Of a DNA stretch of 64,000 nt, positions 49,520 to 59,154 are shown piece by piece. The stretch is from Candidatus Cloacimonadales bacterium (GTDB lineage: Bacteria > Cloacimonadota > Cloacimonadia > Cloacimonadales > JAFGVF01), in NCBI GenBank assembly GCA_963663475.2, contig CAXXJV010000001.1, forward strand, positions 2,368,001-2,432,000, given 5' to 3'. Every line of letters starts with the position of its first letter. Positions within the stretch are counted from its first letter, which is position 1. The notes under the pieces are model-generated. The model did not search any database. It had not been told where the DNA came from and was given only the letters and a program-made list of their open reading frames with translations. Both the position numbers and the translations under genes were made by a program.

Positions 49520-50962
49520 ATGACAAAATCTTTTAAATATTCAATCGCCTTATTGTTAATGTTGCTTGTATCTACTAGTCTGTTAGCTAAAGCAAAGAGT
49601 CCTTTTGTTGATATAATCAAAGAAAGTAGAGATGCAGTTGTTCAGATAAAAGTAGAAGGAACTATTGCTAATCAGTATAGATCTCCTTTCCAAAATGATG
49701 ATTTTTTTAAATTCTTTTTCCCTCAACAACCACGTGTTAGACCTTATGTATCCTTAGGTAGTGGTTTTATTTTCGATTATGATAAAAATGAAAACATTGC
49801 TTATATACTTACTAACAATCATGTTGTAGAATTAGGTGAAAAAGGAACGATTACTGTTACCTTGGCTGATAAAAATAGTGCTGAGGCTGAAATCGTAGGC
49901 TTAGATCCAGCAACTGATCTAGGAGTAATTAAAATTCAAGTTCCAGAAAATGAGAAGATTACAGTCCTACCTTTTGGTGATTCTTCAGCTTTAGAAATTG
50001 GAGAATGGGCTATTGCAATAGGTAATCCCTTTGGTGATTCAGGACTTGATAGGACTGTAACTGTTGGCGTTATATCAGCCTTAGGTCGTGCAGGTTTGAA
50101 TTTTGGTAATAACTCTCCTGTTTTCCAAGATTACGTGCAGACTGATGCTGCTATTAATCCTGGCAATAGTGGTGGTCCTCTCCTAGATATTGAAGGAAAA
50201 GTAGTTGGAATTAATGCAGCTATTACGAGTACTTCTGGTGGAAATGTTGGTATCGGATTTGCAATACCTTCAAATTTAGCTCAAAAAGTGGCATCTGATA
50301 TTCGTGAATATGGCTATGTTAAAAGAGCTTATCTAGGAATCTTGCCACAGGAAATAAACGAAGATTTAAAAATAAACTTTGATTTAGAAGAATTAGCTGG
50401 TGTTTTAGTAGCTAATGTTGTAGAAGATACTCCTGCAGAAGAGGCTGGTTTGCAAAAAGGTGATATAATCAAAGCTCTTAATGGTACAAAAATACATAAT
50501 ATCCATAAATTCAGAACTGAAATTGCCCACAGCCCAATAAATTCACCTGTAGATATCTCAATTATAAGAGATAAAAAGCACAAGACCCTTCATGCTGTTT
50601 TAACAGAGCATCCAGATTTTAAAGGAGAAGGAGATTATAACTCAAATAAGAAGCAAGAGTCTGTTGGTATAGTAGTAACTGACAGAGATAGTGATTTTGC
50701 TCAAAAATTTACCAATGATTCAGATAAAGGTGTTGTTATTAAGTCTATCATTCCTTCCTCCCATGCAAGCACCACCAATCTACAAGTTGGCGATGTAATT
50801 TTAGAGGTAAATAATGTTCAAGTAGATTCAGTTGAAGAGTTTGAAGATGAAATTAAGAAATCTCTTGATACAGATGATGAGATTAAAAGAATCCTTCTTT
50901 TAGTGGCATCCAAGAACAGGAATAATATTATTTCCTATGTTGCCATAAATATCATGGAATAG
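49520..50962 (+). CDS. degP: DegP/HtrA serine endoprotease with two PDZ domains
   Basis: GSGFI, TNNHVV, DLGVI, QTDAAINPGNSGGPL, two PDZ regions. Confidence 0.95.
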   Translation: MTKSFKYSIALLLMLLVSTSLLAKAKSPFVDIIKESRDAVVQIKVEGTIANQYRSPFQNDDFFKFFFPQQPRVRPYVSLGSGFIFDYDKNENIAYILTNNHVVELGEKGTITVTLADKNSAEAEIVGLDPATDLGVIKIQVPENEKITVLPFGDSSALEIGEWAIAIGNPFGDSGLDRTVTVGVISALGRAGLNFGNNSPVFQDYVQTDAAINPGNSGGPLLDIEGKVVGINAAITSTSGGNVGIGFAIPSNLAQKVASDIREYGYVKRAYLGILPQEINEDLKINFDLEELAGVLVANVVEDTPAEEAGLQKGDIIKALNGTKIHNIHKFRTEIAHSPINSPVDISIIRDKKHKTLHAVLTEHPDFKGEGDYNSNKKQESVGIVVTDRDSDFAQKFTNDSDKGVVIKSIIPSSHASTTNLQVGDVILEVNNVQVDSVEEFEDEIKKSLDTDDEIKRILLLVASKNRNNIISYVAINIME

Positions 50963-50994
50963 GCTTGAAAGCTTTAAACTAAAGATTAATTTAT

Positions 50995-51020
50995 AAAAGA
51001 GCATGGTCACATGCTCTTTT
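50995..51020 (+). terminator. Intrinsic terminator after degP
   Basis: aaaagagcatg-gtca-catgctctttt. Confidence 0.8.
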
Positions 51021-51097
51021 CTTATTAAAGTATTTGCATCTAAGTGCAATTAGATTATTATTTAGAAAAATTAAATATTAAAAAAAGGTGGAGACAG

Positions 51098-52024
51098 ATG
51101 AAATCTTATGACGTTATTATTGTTGGAGGTGGCCCAGCTGGACTTAGTGCTGCTATTTATGCTGCTAGAGGTAATCTTTCCACAGCAGTTTTTGAAAAGT
51201 CATTAATTGGTGGTCAAATCAATGTTACTTATGAAGTAGAGAACTATCCAGGTATTCCTGAAGTTTTAAGTGGTTTTGAGTTATCAGACAGAATTAAACA
51301 ACAAGCTGATAAGTTTGGACCAGAATTCATTGATGAAGAAATTATCAAGATTGATTTTGAAAGTAAAGATGGATATAAAAAGGTCTATACAGAGGATGGC
51401 GAATATTTAGCAAAGACTATAATTATTGCCAGCGGAGCTCAACCTCGTTACCTTGATTGTCCTGGTGAAAAAGAATATACTGGCAAAGGTGTTTCCTATT
51501 GTGCTACTTGTGATGGTGCTTTATATAGAGATAAGGTTGTAGCTGTTATAGGTGGTGGTGATTCAGCCGTTGAAGAAGGTATGTTCCTTACTAAATTTGC
51601 CAAAAAGGTCTATGTTATCCATCGTAGAGATGAATTAAGAGCTGTTAAATCTATTCAAGAAAGAGCTTTCAAAAATGATAAGATGGAATTTATATGGGAT
51701 TCAGTTGTAGAAGAAGTCCAAGGTGAAAATTTCGTAACTAATTTAATTTTAAAGAATAGGAAAACAGGAGAAAAGAGTGATCTTCCAGTAGATGGAATAT
51801 TCATTTACGTAGGAATTTTACCTAACAATGAACTATTAAAAGAAGATATAAAGTTAGATCAATCAGGATTTGTTATCACTAATGAAATTATGGAAACTAA
51901 TGTTAAAGGTGTTTATGCTGTTGGTGATTTAAGACAGACTCCCCTCAGACAGGTTATTACTGCTTGTAGTGATGGGGCTATTGCAGCCTTTTATGCTGAA
52001 AAATTTATTAGTGAAATGGAATAA
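51098..52024 (+). CDS. trxB: Thioredoxin reductase
   Basis: GGGPAG, VENYPG, GVSYCATCDG, GGGDSA, HRR, GD; ATG 51098 with GGTGGAG RBS. Confidence 0.97.
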   Translation: MKSYDVIIVGGGPAGLSAAIYAARGNLSTAVFEKSLIGGQINVTYEVENYPGIPEVLSGFELSDRIKQQADKFGPEFIDEEIIKIDFESKDGYKKVYTEDGEYLAKTIIIASGAQPRYLDCPGEKEYTGKGVSYCATCDGALYRDKVVAVIGGGDSAVEEGMFLTKFAKKVYVIHRRDELRAVKSIQERAFKNDKMEFIWDSVVEEVQGENFVTNLILKNRKTGEKSDLPVDGIFIYVGILPNNELLKEDIKLDQSGFVITNEIMETNVKGVYAVGDLRQTPLRQVITACSDGAIAAFYAEKFISEME

Positions 52025-52051
52025 GTAATAGCACTAACCAACAAATATTCT

Positions 52052-52090
52052 AAGCTGTCTAATATTTTAGTGAATAGACAGCTTTTTTTT
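52052..52090 (+). terminator. Intrinsic terminator after trxB
   Basis: aagctgtcta...tagacagctt stem followed by a T tract. Confidence 0.75.
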
Positions 52091-52255
52091 AGACATTTTT
52101 TTGGGCTAATTTTATAAGAAGTTACATGCAGGTATAGGGAATAAACAGCAATTTATCCCAATAGTCTCTTATACTTTTATAGACTTCTAGAGAATTTCCT
52201 ATTATCCCAGATAGTGTAGTAGGATTTAGGGAAAGTACTATTTGGAAAACCATCT

Positions 52256-52346
52256 TCTTTCTCATTCCATCCTTATTCCTTCCTTTACACTCTTTCGATG
52301 AAACCTGGACTTTCATCGAAAGAGTGTAAAGGAAGGAATAAGGATG
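52256..52346. repeat. REP/MITE-like long palindrome (copy C)
   Basis: Perfect 36-bp arms 52268-52303 and 52311-52346, 7-nt loop cctggac; 11-bp units tctttctcatt/ccatccttatt/ccttcctttac/actctttcgat. Confidence 0.9.
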
Positions 52347-52449
52347 CTACAAGTAAATTCACAAAGGTCTACTGCATTATTTGGGATTATATACTTAATA
52401 GTCTAATATTTTGCTTGACTATTGATTAACTTGCAAGAGAAATTGAAAA

Positions 52450-53952
52450 ATGAAAAAAATAATACTAATAATAGCAATGCTACAGTTTATAAATATTCTT
52501 CTATTTGCTTGTGATATGTTCATGTTACAAGCTATAGACCAGGCACCTTTCTTAACATATCCTAGTTTAAATGGGAATTTTAATGATCCCTATGATTACT
52601 TTGAAGATTTCAAGTCTCTAGCTGATGGTTCTTCAGGCAATAGAGATGGATATGGAATTGTAGCTTATACCATAGATAGTGAAATAGTAAGTAGAGATTA
52701 TATCTGGTATAAGACTGGTATGGGCAATCATTTTGATGCAAACAATCCAGATGAAGCTCTTTATCAAGCAATGAATATTCTTTATGATAATCCTAATATT
52801 GAAAGAGTTTTCGTCCATGCTAGATCTGGTACTGGCGGACAGGGCAGTCATCCATTCATCTTCAATCATAATAATAAGACTTATACTTTCATGCACAATG
52901 GCTATATTTTTAATAATGCCAAAAGAGAATTAATGAATTTCTTAGGTGAGGAGTGGTTCCAAGAATATCCATCTCAATGGTATGGTGAATATGGAGATAC
53001 TTATTCTTTTATTGATAGTGAATTAATTTTTCATTACCTTATAAAGTATATTATCCAATATCCTGAAGATATTTCAAAAGCTTTGAGTATGGCCTTTACT
53101 AACAAGCGAGTAGGTAATATTGATATGGAGTATATGTTCAAGTATAACAATTCTGCTATTCTTAATTTTGTTTTATCTGATGGAATAGATTCCTATGTAT
53201 ATCGCTCTTCTCGCCTATTAGGAACATCCTATAATCTATCCTATCAAGTTTATCCTAATAACTTTCTGGCGATAAAAACCAATACTAATCTAGAAAACAC
53301 AATAGCAAAAAATCAAATGCTTAAATTTTCAAGCTCAGGCCTAATTGATACCTTAAGTCTATCCCCTATCTTACAAACTAATTTTATAAGTAAATATGTG
53401 GAAAAATTAGATAATAATGAATTTAGGTTAAACTGGGAAATTCTTTCAAATCCTAACATTAATAGCTTCAATATCTATCGTTCCAGTAATCGTGATTTCT
53501 CTAATTCAGAGAAAATATCATCCCTAATACCCACTTCACCTAATCAATCTACATTTTCCATTACAGATACATATTCAGCAAGTCAAGACCACTATTACTG
53601 GATAGAGGTTGTCTTTTTAGACAGTTTTAGTGAACTTACATCAAACATTCCATCAGACCAACAAGCTGAACCACCAATTGTTGTTGAAACTTCTGAGATC
53701 ATCTCTTTGTATCCAAATCCCTTTAAAGAAAAATTAAATATTTCTATTGATAGTCAAAATGATTATAAAATTAAAATTTACAATTTAAAAGGTCAGTTAA
53801 TTGATAAGTTACTTTATGAAGGTGAAAAAAATAATCCTCTTATTTGGAACACAGAAAATATTAAGAACCATAAACTTCCTAATGGAATCTACATTCTCAA
53901 GCTTTCAAATGGAGGTAAAAATCAAAGCAGAAAAGTAATGAAAATTAATTAA
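52450..53952 (+). CDS. Secreted class II glutamine amidotransferase-like (Ntn-hydrolase, YafJ/EgtC-like) protein with a C-terminal sorting domain
   Basis: Signal peptide ending LFA-C; DGYG, HARSGT, HPF, FMHNG, DSE motifs; C-terminal YPNPF...IYNLKGQL...NGIYIL. Confidence 0.8.
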   Translation: MKKIILIIAMLQFINILLFACDMFMLQAIDQAPFLTYPSLNGNFNDPYDYFEDFKSLADGSSGNRDGYGIVAYTIDSEIVSRDYIWYKTGMGNHFDANNPDEALYQAMNILYDNPNIERVFVHARSGTGGQGSHPFIFNHNNKTYTFMHNGYIFNNAKRELMNFLGEEWFQEYPSQWYGEYGDTYSFIDSELIFHYLIKYIIQYPEDISKALSMAFTNKRVGNIDMEYMFKYNNSAILNFVLSDGIDSYVYRSSRLLGTSYNLSYQVYPNNFLAIKTNTNLENTIAKNQMLKFSSSGLIDTLSLSPILQTNFISKYVEKLDNNEFRLNWEILSNPNINSFNIYRSSNRDFSNSEKISSLIPTSPNQSTFSITDTYSASQDHYYWIEVVFLDSFSELTSNIPSDQQAEPPIVVETSEIISLYPNPFKEKLNISIDSQNDYKIKIYNLKGQLIDKLLYEGEKNNPLIWNTENIKNHKLPNGIYILKLSNGGKNQSRKVMKIN

Positions 53953-54044
53953 TATTAAAGTAAACTTGCTTTCCAATATTTTTGTAATCTTAGTCAATAG
54001 CTTTTGATATTAATTATTGATGTTAATATTATTAAAAATTATAC

Positions 54045-54074
54045 TTGACATTAAATAACACATTTGAATATTAT
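54045..54074 (+). promoter_or_regulatory. Putative promoter
   Basis: TTGACA, 18 bp, TATTAT; GGAGGG RBS before ATG 54101. Confidence 0.45.
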
Positions 54075-54100
54075 TTTTAAAAATATAGGAGGGCATAATA

Positions 54101-55372
54101 ATGACCTGTTCTAGAAAAGTATTCTTTTTGATTATACTTATTTTTATAAGTATATCTTTATCAGCCGTAAATGTTGGAACTAATCGAGATAATATCCTTT
54201 TAAATTACCAAATTTTTCTTCAAAATGAGACTTTCCCCAAAGAATATCTTCTATCACAAAGAGACAATTTATATCAACCAGATATGGATTCTTTTTATTA
54301 TAGGACAAGCGAACCTAATGAAGAGCCTGTTTTTGCCCCTATAGCTGTAATAGATTACTCCTACTCTGATGATGGTAAGTTGTTATCAACTTCAAATTAT
54401 AATCAACATGTAGGTGGCCAAATCATTCTTTATTCAATCTATAATTATGATTATGAAGATGATTTATTAAAAACTATTGCTCTTGAATCCTACGAAGAGT
54501 TTGAAATACTCATGAATACTACTTATCATAACTATTATTACGATGATAATAATCTTATTGACTTCATATCTAAAACTATGGAAGATGAAGTGGTCTTTGA
54601 GATAGAAGATTACACTTTCAATGATAATGATCTTATAGCAAGAATTGATTACTTTGATGGTAATAATGAGTATATTTCTACTAGTGTCATAGATTATATG
54701 CTTTTTGAGTATGATGACTACTCAAGATTAAGTTCTGTAAAATCATGTAAAATCTATCCTGATAATCAAATTTCTATCAGAAGTCAGTCATATTTTTCCT
54801 ATAATTCCCATGGAAATATTACATCTATTGTTATTGGAGATTCTACTTCTTATAATTATAATGTGCATGAATATTCTTATGATGAAAATAATCTTTTAAC
54901 TAAAATAGACCATTATAGTGTAGCTGGCCAAGAATATTCTTTGGTTTATTATCTAGAAATGATTAATGATGAAAATGGGAATAAATGTCGAGAAAATACT
55001 TACTCTTATGCTTCTGACTCTGATATTCCTTACTGTTCTTCCTATATTACTACAAGTTACTTAGCATTTGTAGCTAATAATAATGTAGAAATCAATCCTG
55101 ACACTAATCTCAGGAACTATCCAAATCCTTTTAATCCTGTTACAACAATTTCTTTCAACTTACAAGCTTTGAATAATCCCTCTTTAACAGTATATAACCT
55201 AAAAGGGCAGCTTGTTAAATCATTCAAAAGTCATAATTACCACTTAGGAGAAAATAAAGTTATCTGGGATGGCAAGGATAATAATGGTAAGAATGTTGCC
55301 TCTGGCCTATACTTCTACCATCTTAAAACAGACTCTTTTACAAAAACAAACAAGATGATATTAATGAAATAG
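54101..55372 (+). CDS. Secreted protein with Tyr/Asp-rich beta repeats and a T9SS-like/FlgD-Ig C-terminal domain
   Basis: Signal peptide; repeated YxYDxxxxL units; NYPNPFNPVTTISF...YNLKGQLV...WDGKD...VASGLYFY. Confidence 0.8.
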   Translation: MTCSRKVFFLIILIFISISLSAVNVGTNRDNILLNYQIFLQNETFPKEYLLSQRDNLYQPDMDSFYYRTSEPNEEPVFAPIAVIDYSYSDDGKLLSTSNYNQHVGGQIILYSIYNYDYEDDLLKTIALESYEEFEILMNTTYHNYYYDDNNLIDFISKTMEDEVVFEIEDYTFNDNDLIARIDYFDGNNEYISTSVIDYMLFEYDDYSRLSSVKSCKIYPDNQISIRSQSYFSYNSHGNITSIVIGDSTSYNYNVHEYSYDENNLLTKIDHYSVAGQEYSLVYYLEMINDENGNKCRENTYSYASDSDIPYCSSYITTSYLAFVANNNVEINPDTNLRNYPNPFNPVTTISFNLQALNNPSLTVYNLKGQLVKSFKSHNYHLGENKVIWDGKDNNGKNVASGLYFYHLKTDSFTKTNKMILMK

Positions 55373-55447
55373 AATAAAAAAAGCTTGTCTAAATCTCTCT
55401 CTAAAATTTCTCTACAACAAATGATTTTTTAGCGGAGAGATTTTTTT

Positions 55448-56380
55448 ATGTACACAAAAAACACACTAGTCCTTGATGAAATGCCTGATTATTTTTGGCA
55501 GCAAGTAAAAAATAATGGATATGAAGTTTTTTTCACAAGTGAAAAACTTCTTTTTTCTGAAGATATTGAGATAATTATTCTGAGAACTAAGTCTGTTATT
55601 ACAGAATCTCATTATAAAAGATTCCCAAATCTAAAATGCATCATACGAGCTGGTTCAGGCTATGATAATATTGATGTAATAAAGGCTAAAGACTATAATA
55701 TTCATGTTCAAAACACACCTCAAGCAAACGTTAATTCAGCCTTTGAACATACCCTAAGCTTAATTTTTTCTTTAATAAAACATCACAAACCCCATAACGA
55801 AAATGTCTTGAATAATCAATGGAGAAATGGAATAGATTCTAACCTAGAAATATCAGATTTACGAGTTCTTGTTGTTGGTTTTGGTCGAGTAGGTTCTTTA
55901 GTGGGTAAGTTCTTCAAAGGTATGGGAGGACAGGTTCGATTTGTTGATCCATATATTGATGCAAATAGTGTAGAAAAAGAAGGAATAAGTGCCACAAGCT
56001 ATGAAGAAGGTCTTTCTTGGGCTAATTTAATAACCTATCATTGTCCATTATATGCTAAAACTGAACACTATTTTGATAAAACAAGTCTTAACTTTATAAA
56101 TAAAGTCTTCATAATAAATGCTGCTCGAGGTGGTATTCTTGATATAGATGCCCTTAATCAAGGAATTAAGGAGGGAAAAGTTCTGGGAGCTGGAATTGAT
56201 GTTATGGAGAATGAACCATGGCAATGTGAAGGCTGGGAAGATAATCCTAAAATTCTTATGACACCTCATACTGGAGCCTTAACAGAAGATGCTAAAATTC
56301 GTTTATCTAAAGAAGCCTATGATGTTTGGGAGCAATTCAACTTTCACAAAAAGCTGATAGCTCCTATCAGGATCTGGTAG
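55448..56380 (+). CDS. D-isomer-specific 2-hydroxyacid dehydrogenase (SerA-like, no ACT domain)
   Basis: RAGSGYDNID, GFGRVG, HCPL, INAARGG, DVMENEP, TPHTGA. Confidence 0.88.
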   Translation: MYTKNTLVLDEMPDYFWQQVKNNGYEVFFTSEKLLFSEDIEIIILRTKSVITESHYKRFPNLKCIIRAGSGYDNIDVIKAKDYNIHVQNTPQANVNSAFEHTLSLIFSLIKHHKPHNENVLNNQWRNGIDSNLEISDLRVLVVGFGRVGSLVGKFFKGMGGQVRFVDPYIDANSVEKEGISATSYEEGLSWANLITYHCPLYAKTEHYFDKTSLNFINKVFIINAARGGILDIDALNQGIKEGKVLGAGIDVMENEPWQCEGWEDNPKILMTPHTGALTEDAKIRLSKEAYDVWEQFNFHKKLIAPIRIW

Positions 56381-56444
56381 ATTATTTTCTTGACTAAATT
56401 AAGAAAAATATAAATTTTAGTAGCAAACTCTTAAAGGAGACTAA

Positions 56445-57632
56445 ATGAAAAAATATTTGTTATCATCTTTTATGATAATTATGATATCTATAATAGGGGC
56501 TCAATCTCACTTTTTTGATATGCGGGTTGGAGATTTTGGTTGTATTACCAGACTTGTTTTTGAGTTCACAGGAAAGGTTGATTACACTAGCAGTGAAAAT
56601 GATAATAGGCTAGCTATAAAGATAAATTCTTTGAAAGAAAGTCGTATCATTTTACCAGTGGAGTCTTCAAATAATATTCAAGAAATCCAGCTTGTGGAAA
56701 GTAAGAACACAGCAGATATTAATATTGACTTTATTTATCCTATCGAAGTTAGTTCATATGCCTATTACAAGGAAAATAAGAACTATATAATTGTTTTTGA
56801 TATTTATGATAAAGCTTATCACGTTGATAAAGAAAAAGGACTAACCAGTCTTTTGTTTAAAGGACAAAAATTTTCACTTGAAAGCTATGATTCTACCATC
56901 AATGAGTTCTCTGCTAAATACCCAAATGACCCCCTAGTAAATTTCTATTTAGGCCGTTTATATGCAACTAATACCACAATGAAGGATAAGGCAATATCTT
57001 TCTTTTCCCAAGTTGATTCCACTTCAGAATTCTATTTTACTGCCCAAGCCTATATTGATAACTTACAAAAGAATAAATTTCCAAGTGGAGAAATAAAACC
57101 TGATTTTCTTATCCCAGCTGATAGTTTAAATTCTACTATTGCAGAGTCTAAGCTGATGGCGGATAGCATGAATACACCAATGAAAGATAATGATCTTGGA
57201 CAAGATGATAATTCATCTAACAAGGAAACAAGAAATAAACAAAGCATTAAAGAAAATACTTCAGATAATATTCAAAACAAGGAAAACACTAGAGAAGAAG
57301 CAGGACTTACCAGCGAAGAAGATATTCAAACTAATATTATTTTGCTAACTGCTTTTATTGTATCTTTAATTTTCAGTCTATTCCTCTTATTTAAAAATTT
57401 AAGAAAAAATATCCAATTAAAAGAATTACAGGCAAAACTAGAAAATAGTGAGTATGAACTTAAAGCGTTAGCAAATAAACTTGAAAAAGGCATTATTGAG
57501 AACAGTAAAACAAAAGATAGAATGATAATCAAGCTTTTTAATAGTGGCTGGAAAGCAGAAGATATTGCTAAAGAACTAAACACTCCTTTAGATATTATCA
57601 ATGCAACGATAAATAAGGAAGGACATCTCTAA
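56445..57632 (+). CDS. Hypothetical bitopic membrane protein (AMIN-like, TPR-like, linker, TM, coiled coil, HTH-like tail)
   Basis: Signal peptide; TRLVFEF...IVFDI; YPNDPLVNFYLGRLY; TM ILLTAFIVSLIFSLFLLF; GWKAEDIAKELN. Confidence 0.6.
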   Translation: MKKYLLSSFMIIMISIIGAQSHFFDMRVGDFGCITRLVFEFTGKVDYTSSENDNRLAIKINSLKESRIILPVESSNNIQEIQLVESKNTADINIDFIYPIEVSSYAYYKENKNYIIVFDIYDKAYHVDKEKGLTSLLFKGQKFSLESYDSTINEFSAKYPNDPLVNFYLGRLYATNTTMKDKAISFFSQVDSTSEFYFTAQAYIDNLQKNKFPSGEIKPDFLIPADSLNSTIAESKLMADSMNTPMKDNDLGQDDNSSNKETRNKQSIKENTSDNIQNKENTREEAGLTSEEDIQTNIILLTAFIVSLIFSLFLLFKNLRKNIQLKELQAKLENSEYELKALANKLEKGIIENSKTKDRMIIKLFNSGWKAEDIAKELNTPLDIINATINKEGHL

Positions 57633-59149
57633 TGATAAAAAAAATTCTTTGCATTAGCTTCATGCTTGTAATATTCTCCATTTGGGCATTTGATGACCTA
57701 ACTTCTAAAGGGGTATCAAGTCCTTATAATAAGGCATTTACTGGAGAAAACTATCAAACAAACTACAAGGTTACAAGTTCCTTAACTACTTATGATTTTC
57801 CATTACATAAACCTCTACTCTCTAATTTAGGAAGAACTTTAACTAACTATTTTATCGCAAAAGATAAAAAACAGTCCCTCTTACTTTACCAAGAAAATGG
57901 GAGACAAGTTGAAGGCCATGTTTTTGGAGGCTTAGAATACTATCAAAATAACGATTCTGATTATTACATTTTACCCTACTATGGTTTTGAAGTAAAAGCT
58001 AAGTATAAATCCCTCTCTTTGGCTGGTAAATGGTGGAAAGGTCATACTAATAAAAATAATGACTATGCTAATAGTAATTATCTCATAAACTCTTGGGTCC
58101 AAAGAGATGATAATATGATTTATATAGATAAAATCCAAGGTGAGATTAAGTATGACATAGCAGATTTTGGTTATCTAGCCTTAAAAAGAGGTAAATTAGA
58201 TATTGCCAGTAATATTGGTGGCTCAATAATCTTAAATGATGAAAAAACTAATGATTACACTTATCTAAACTACCATTACAAGTTTGGTGATTTTTCATTA
58301 GACTTTGCCCATGCCTCTCTTATTGCTGATAGTATTAATACTAGTGGACTTGGCTCAATATCCAAGACTGATGCTCCTGATAAATATCTTGCCTTACATA
58401 GATTTGGCTGGAGACCTTCTGATAATTTCTTCATTTTTGTAGGAGAAGAAATCTTTTATGGAAATAGAAATATTGATTATAATTACTTCCTTCCTGTAGG
58501 TTTTTGGAGAATTACTGAGCATAATCAAGCCGATCGCGATAATATCCTAATTTTCGCTGGAACAGATTATTCTCCTTTTAAAAACCTTTCCTTCTATACT
58601 AATATAATCTTTGATGAACTTTCCAAGAGTAAAATTTTCACTTCCTGGTGGGGTAATAAATATGCCCTACAAACAGGTCTAATGCAGAAAAATATCTACA
58701 CATCTCCCCTCTTTACCTGTAAACATGCTGGCCTAGAATTTACAGCTATCAGACCCTGGATATATACTCATAAATACTTATATACAAAGGCTTCTAATGA
58801 CAACAATCCCCTTGGCTTTGCTGATGGGTCAAATTTACTAAAATACACCTTGGATACTTCATTAGCTTTCTTTAATAATAATATAAATTGGAATATCAAT
58901 GCCTCATATATGCGACAAGGTAGTCAAGGCAACAACTTTTCATTGAATTATGAATATGAAATTGATGACACTGATAATGCAAAAGCTTCCTGGTTAGAAG
59001 GCGAAATTACTGATACTTATAGATTAAAACAAGAGTTAGATTTTTCCTTCCTCTACAGTCATAGAATTAAACTATCTTATGAGTTGAGTAAAATAAGAAA
59101 AAGCTCTTCAGAGTCTGAAATTGTTATAGGCTATCAAACTAGATTCTAA
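57632..59149 (+). CDS. Outer-membrane beta-barrel, capsule assembly Wzi-like
   Basis: Signal peptide; KYLALHR, GEEIFYG, DN.LI, IRPWIYTH, PLG...GSN; C-terminal GYQTRF. Confidence 0.6.
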   Translation: MIKKILCISFMLVIFSIWAFDDLTSKGVSSPYNKAFTGENYQTNYKVTSSLTTYDFPLHKPLLSNLGRTLTNYFIAKDKKQSLLLYQENGRQVEGHVFGGLEYYQNNDSDYYILPYYGFEVKAKYKSLSLAGKWWKGHTNKNNDYANSNYLINSWVQRDDNMIYIDKIQGEIKYDIADFGYLALKRGKLDIASNIGGSIILNDEKTNDYTYLNYHYKFGDFSLDFAHASLIADSINTSGLGSISKTDAPDKYLALHRFGWRPSDNFFIFVGEEIFYGNRNIDYNYFLPVGFWRITEHNQADRDNILIFAGTDYSPFKNLSFYTNIIFDELSKSKIFTSWWGNKYALQTGLMQKNIYTSPLFTCKHAGLEFTAIRPWIYTHKYLYTKASNDNNPLGFADGSNLLKYTLDTSLAFFNNNINWNINASYMRQGSQGNNFSLNYEYEIDDTDNAKASWLEGEITDTYRLKQELDFSFLYSHRIKLSYELSKIRKSSSESEIVIGYQTRF

Positions 59150-59154
59150 ACAAA

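Noticed and set aside
52122-52316. 64-aa minus-strand ORF in the track
   Set aside because: Starts inside the palindromic repeat and has no recognisable motifs; likely a by-product of the repeat
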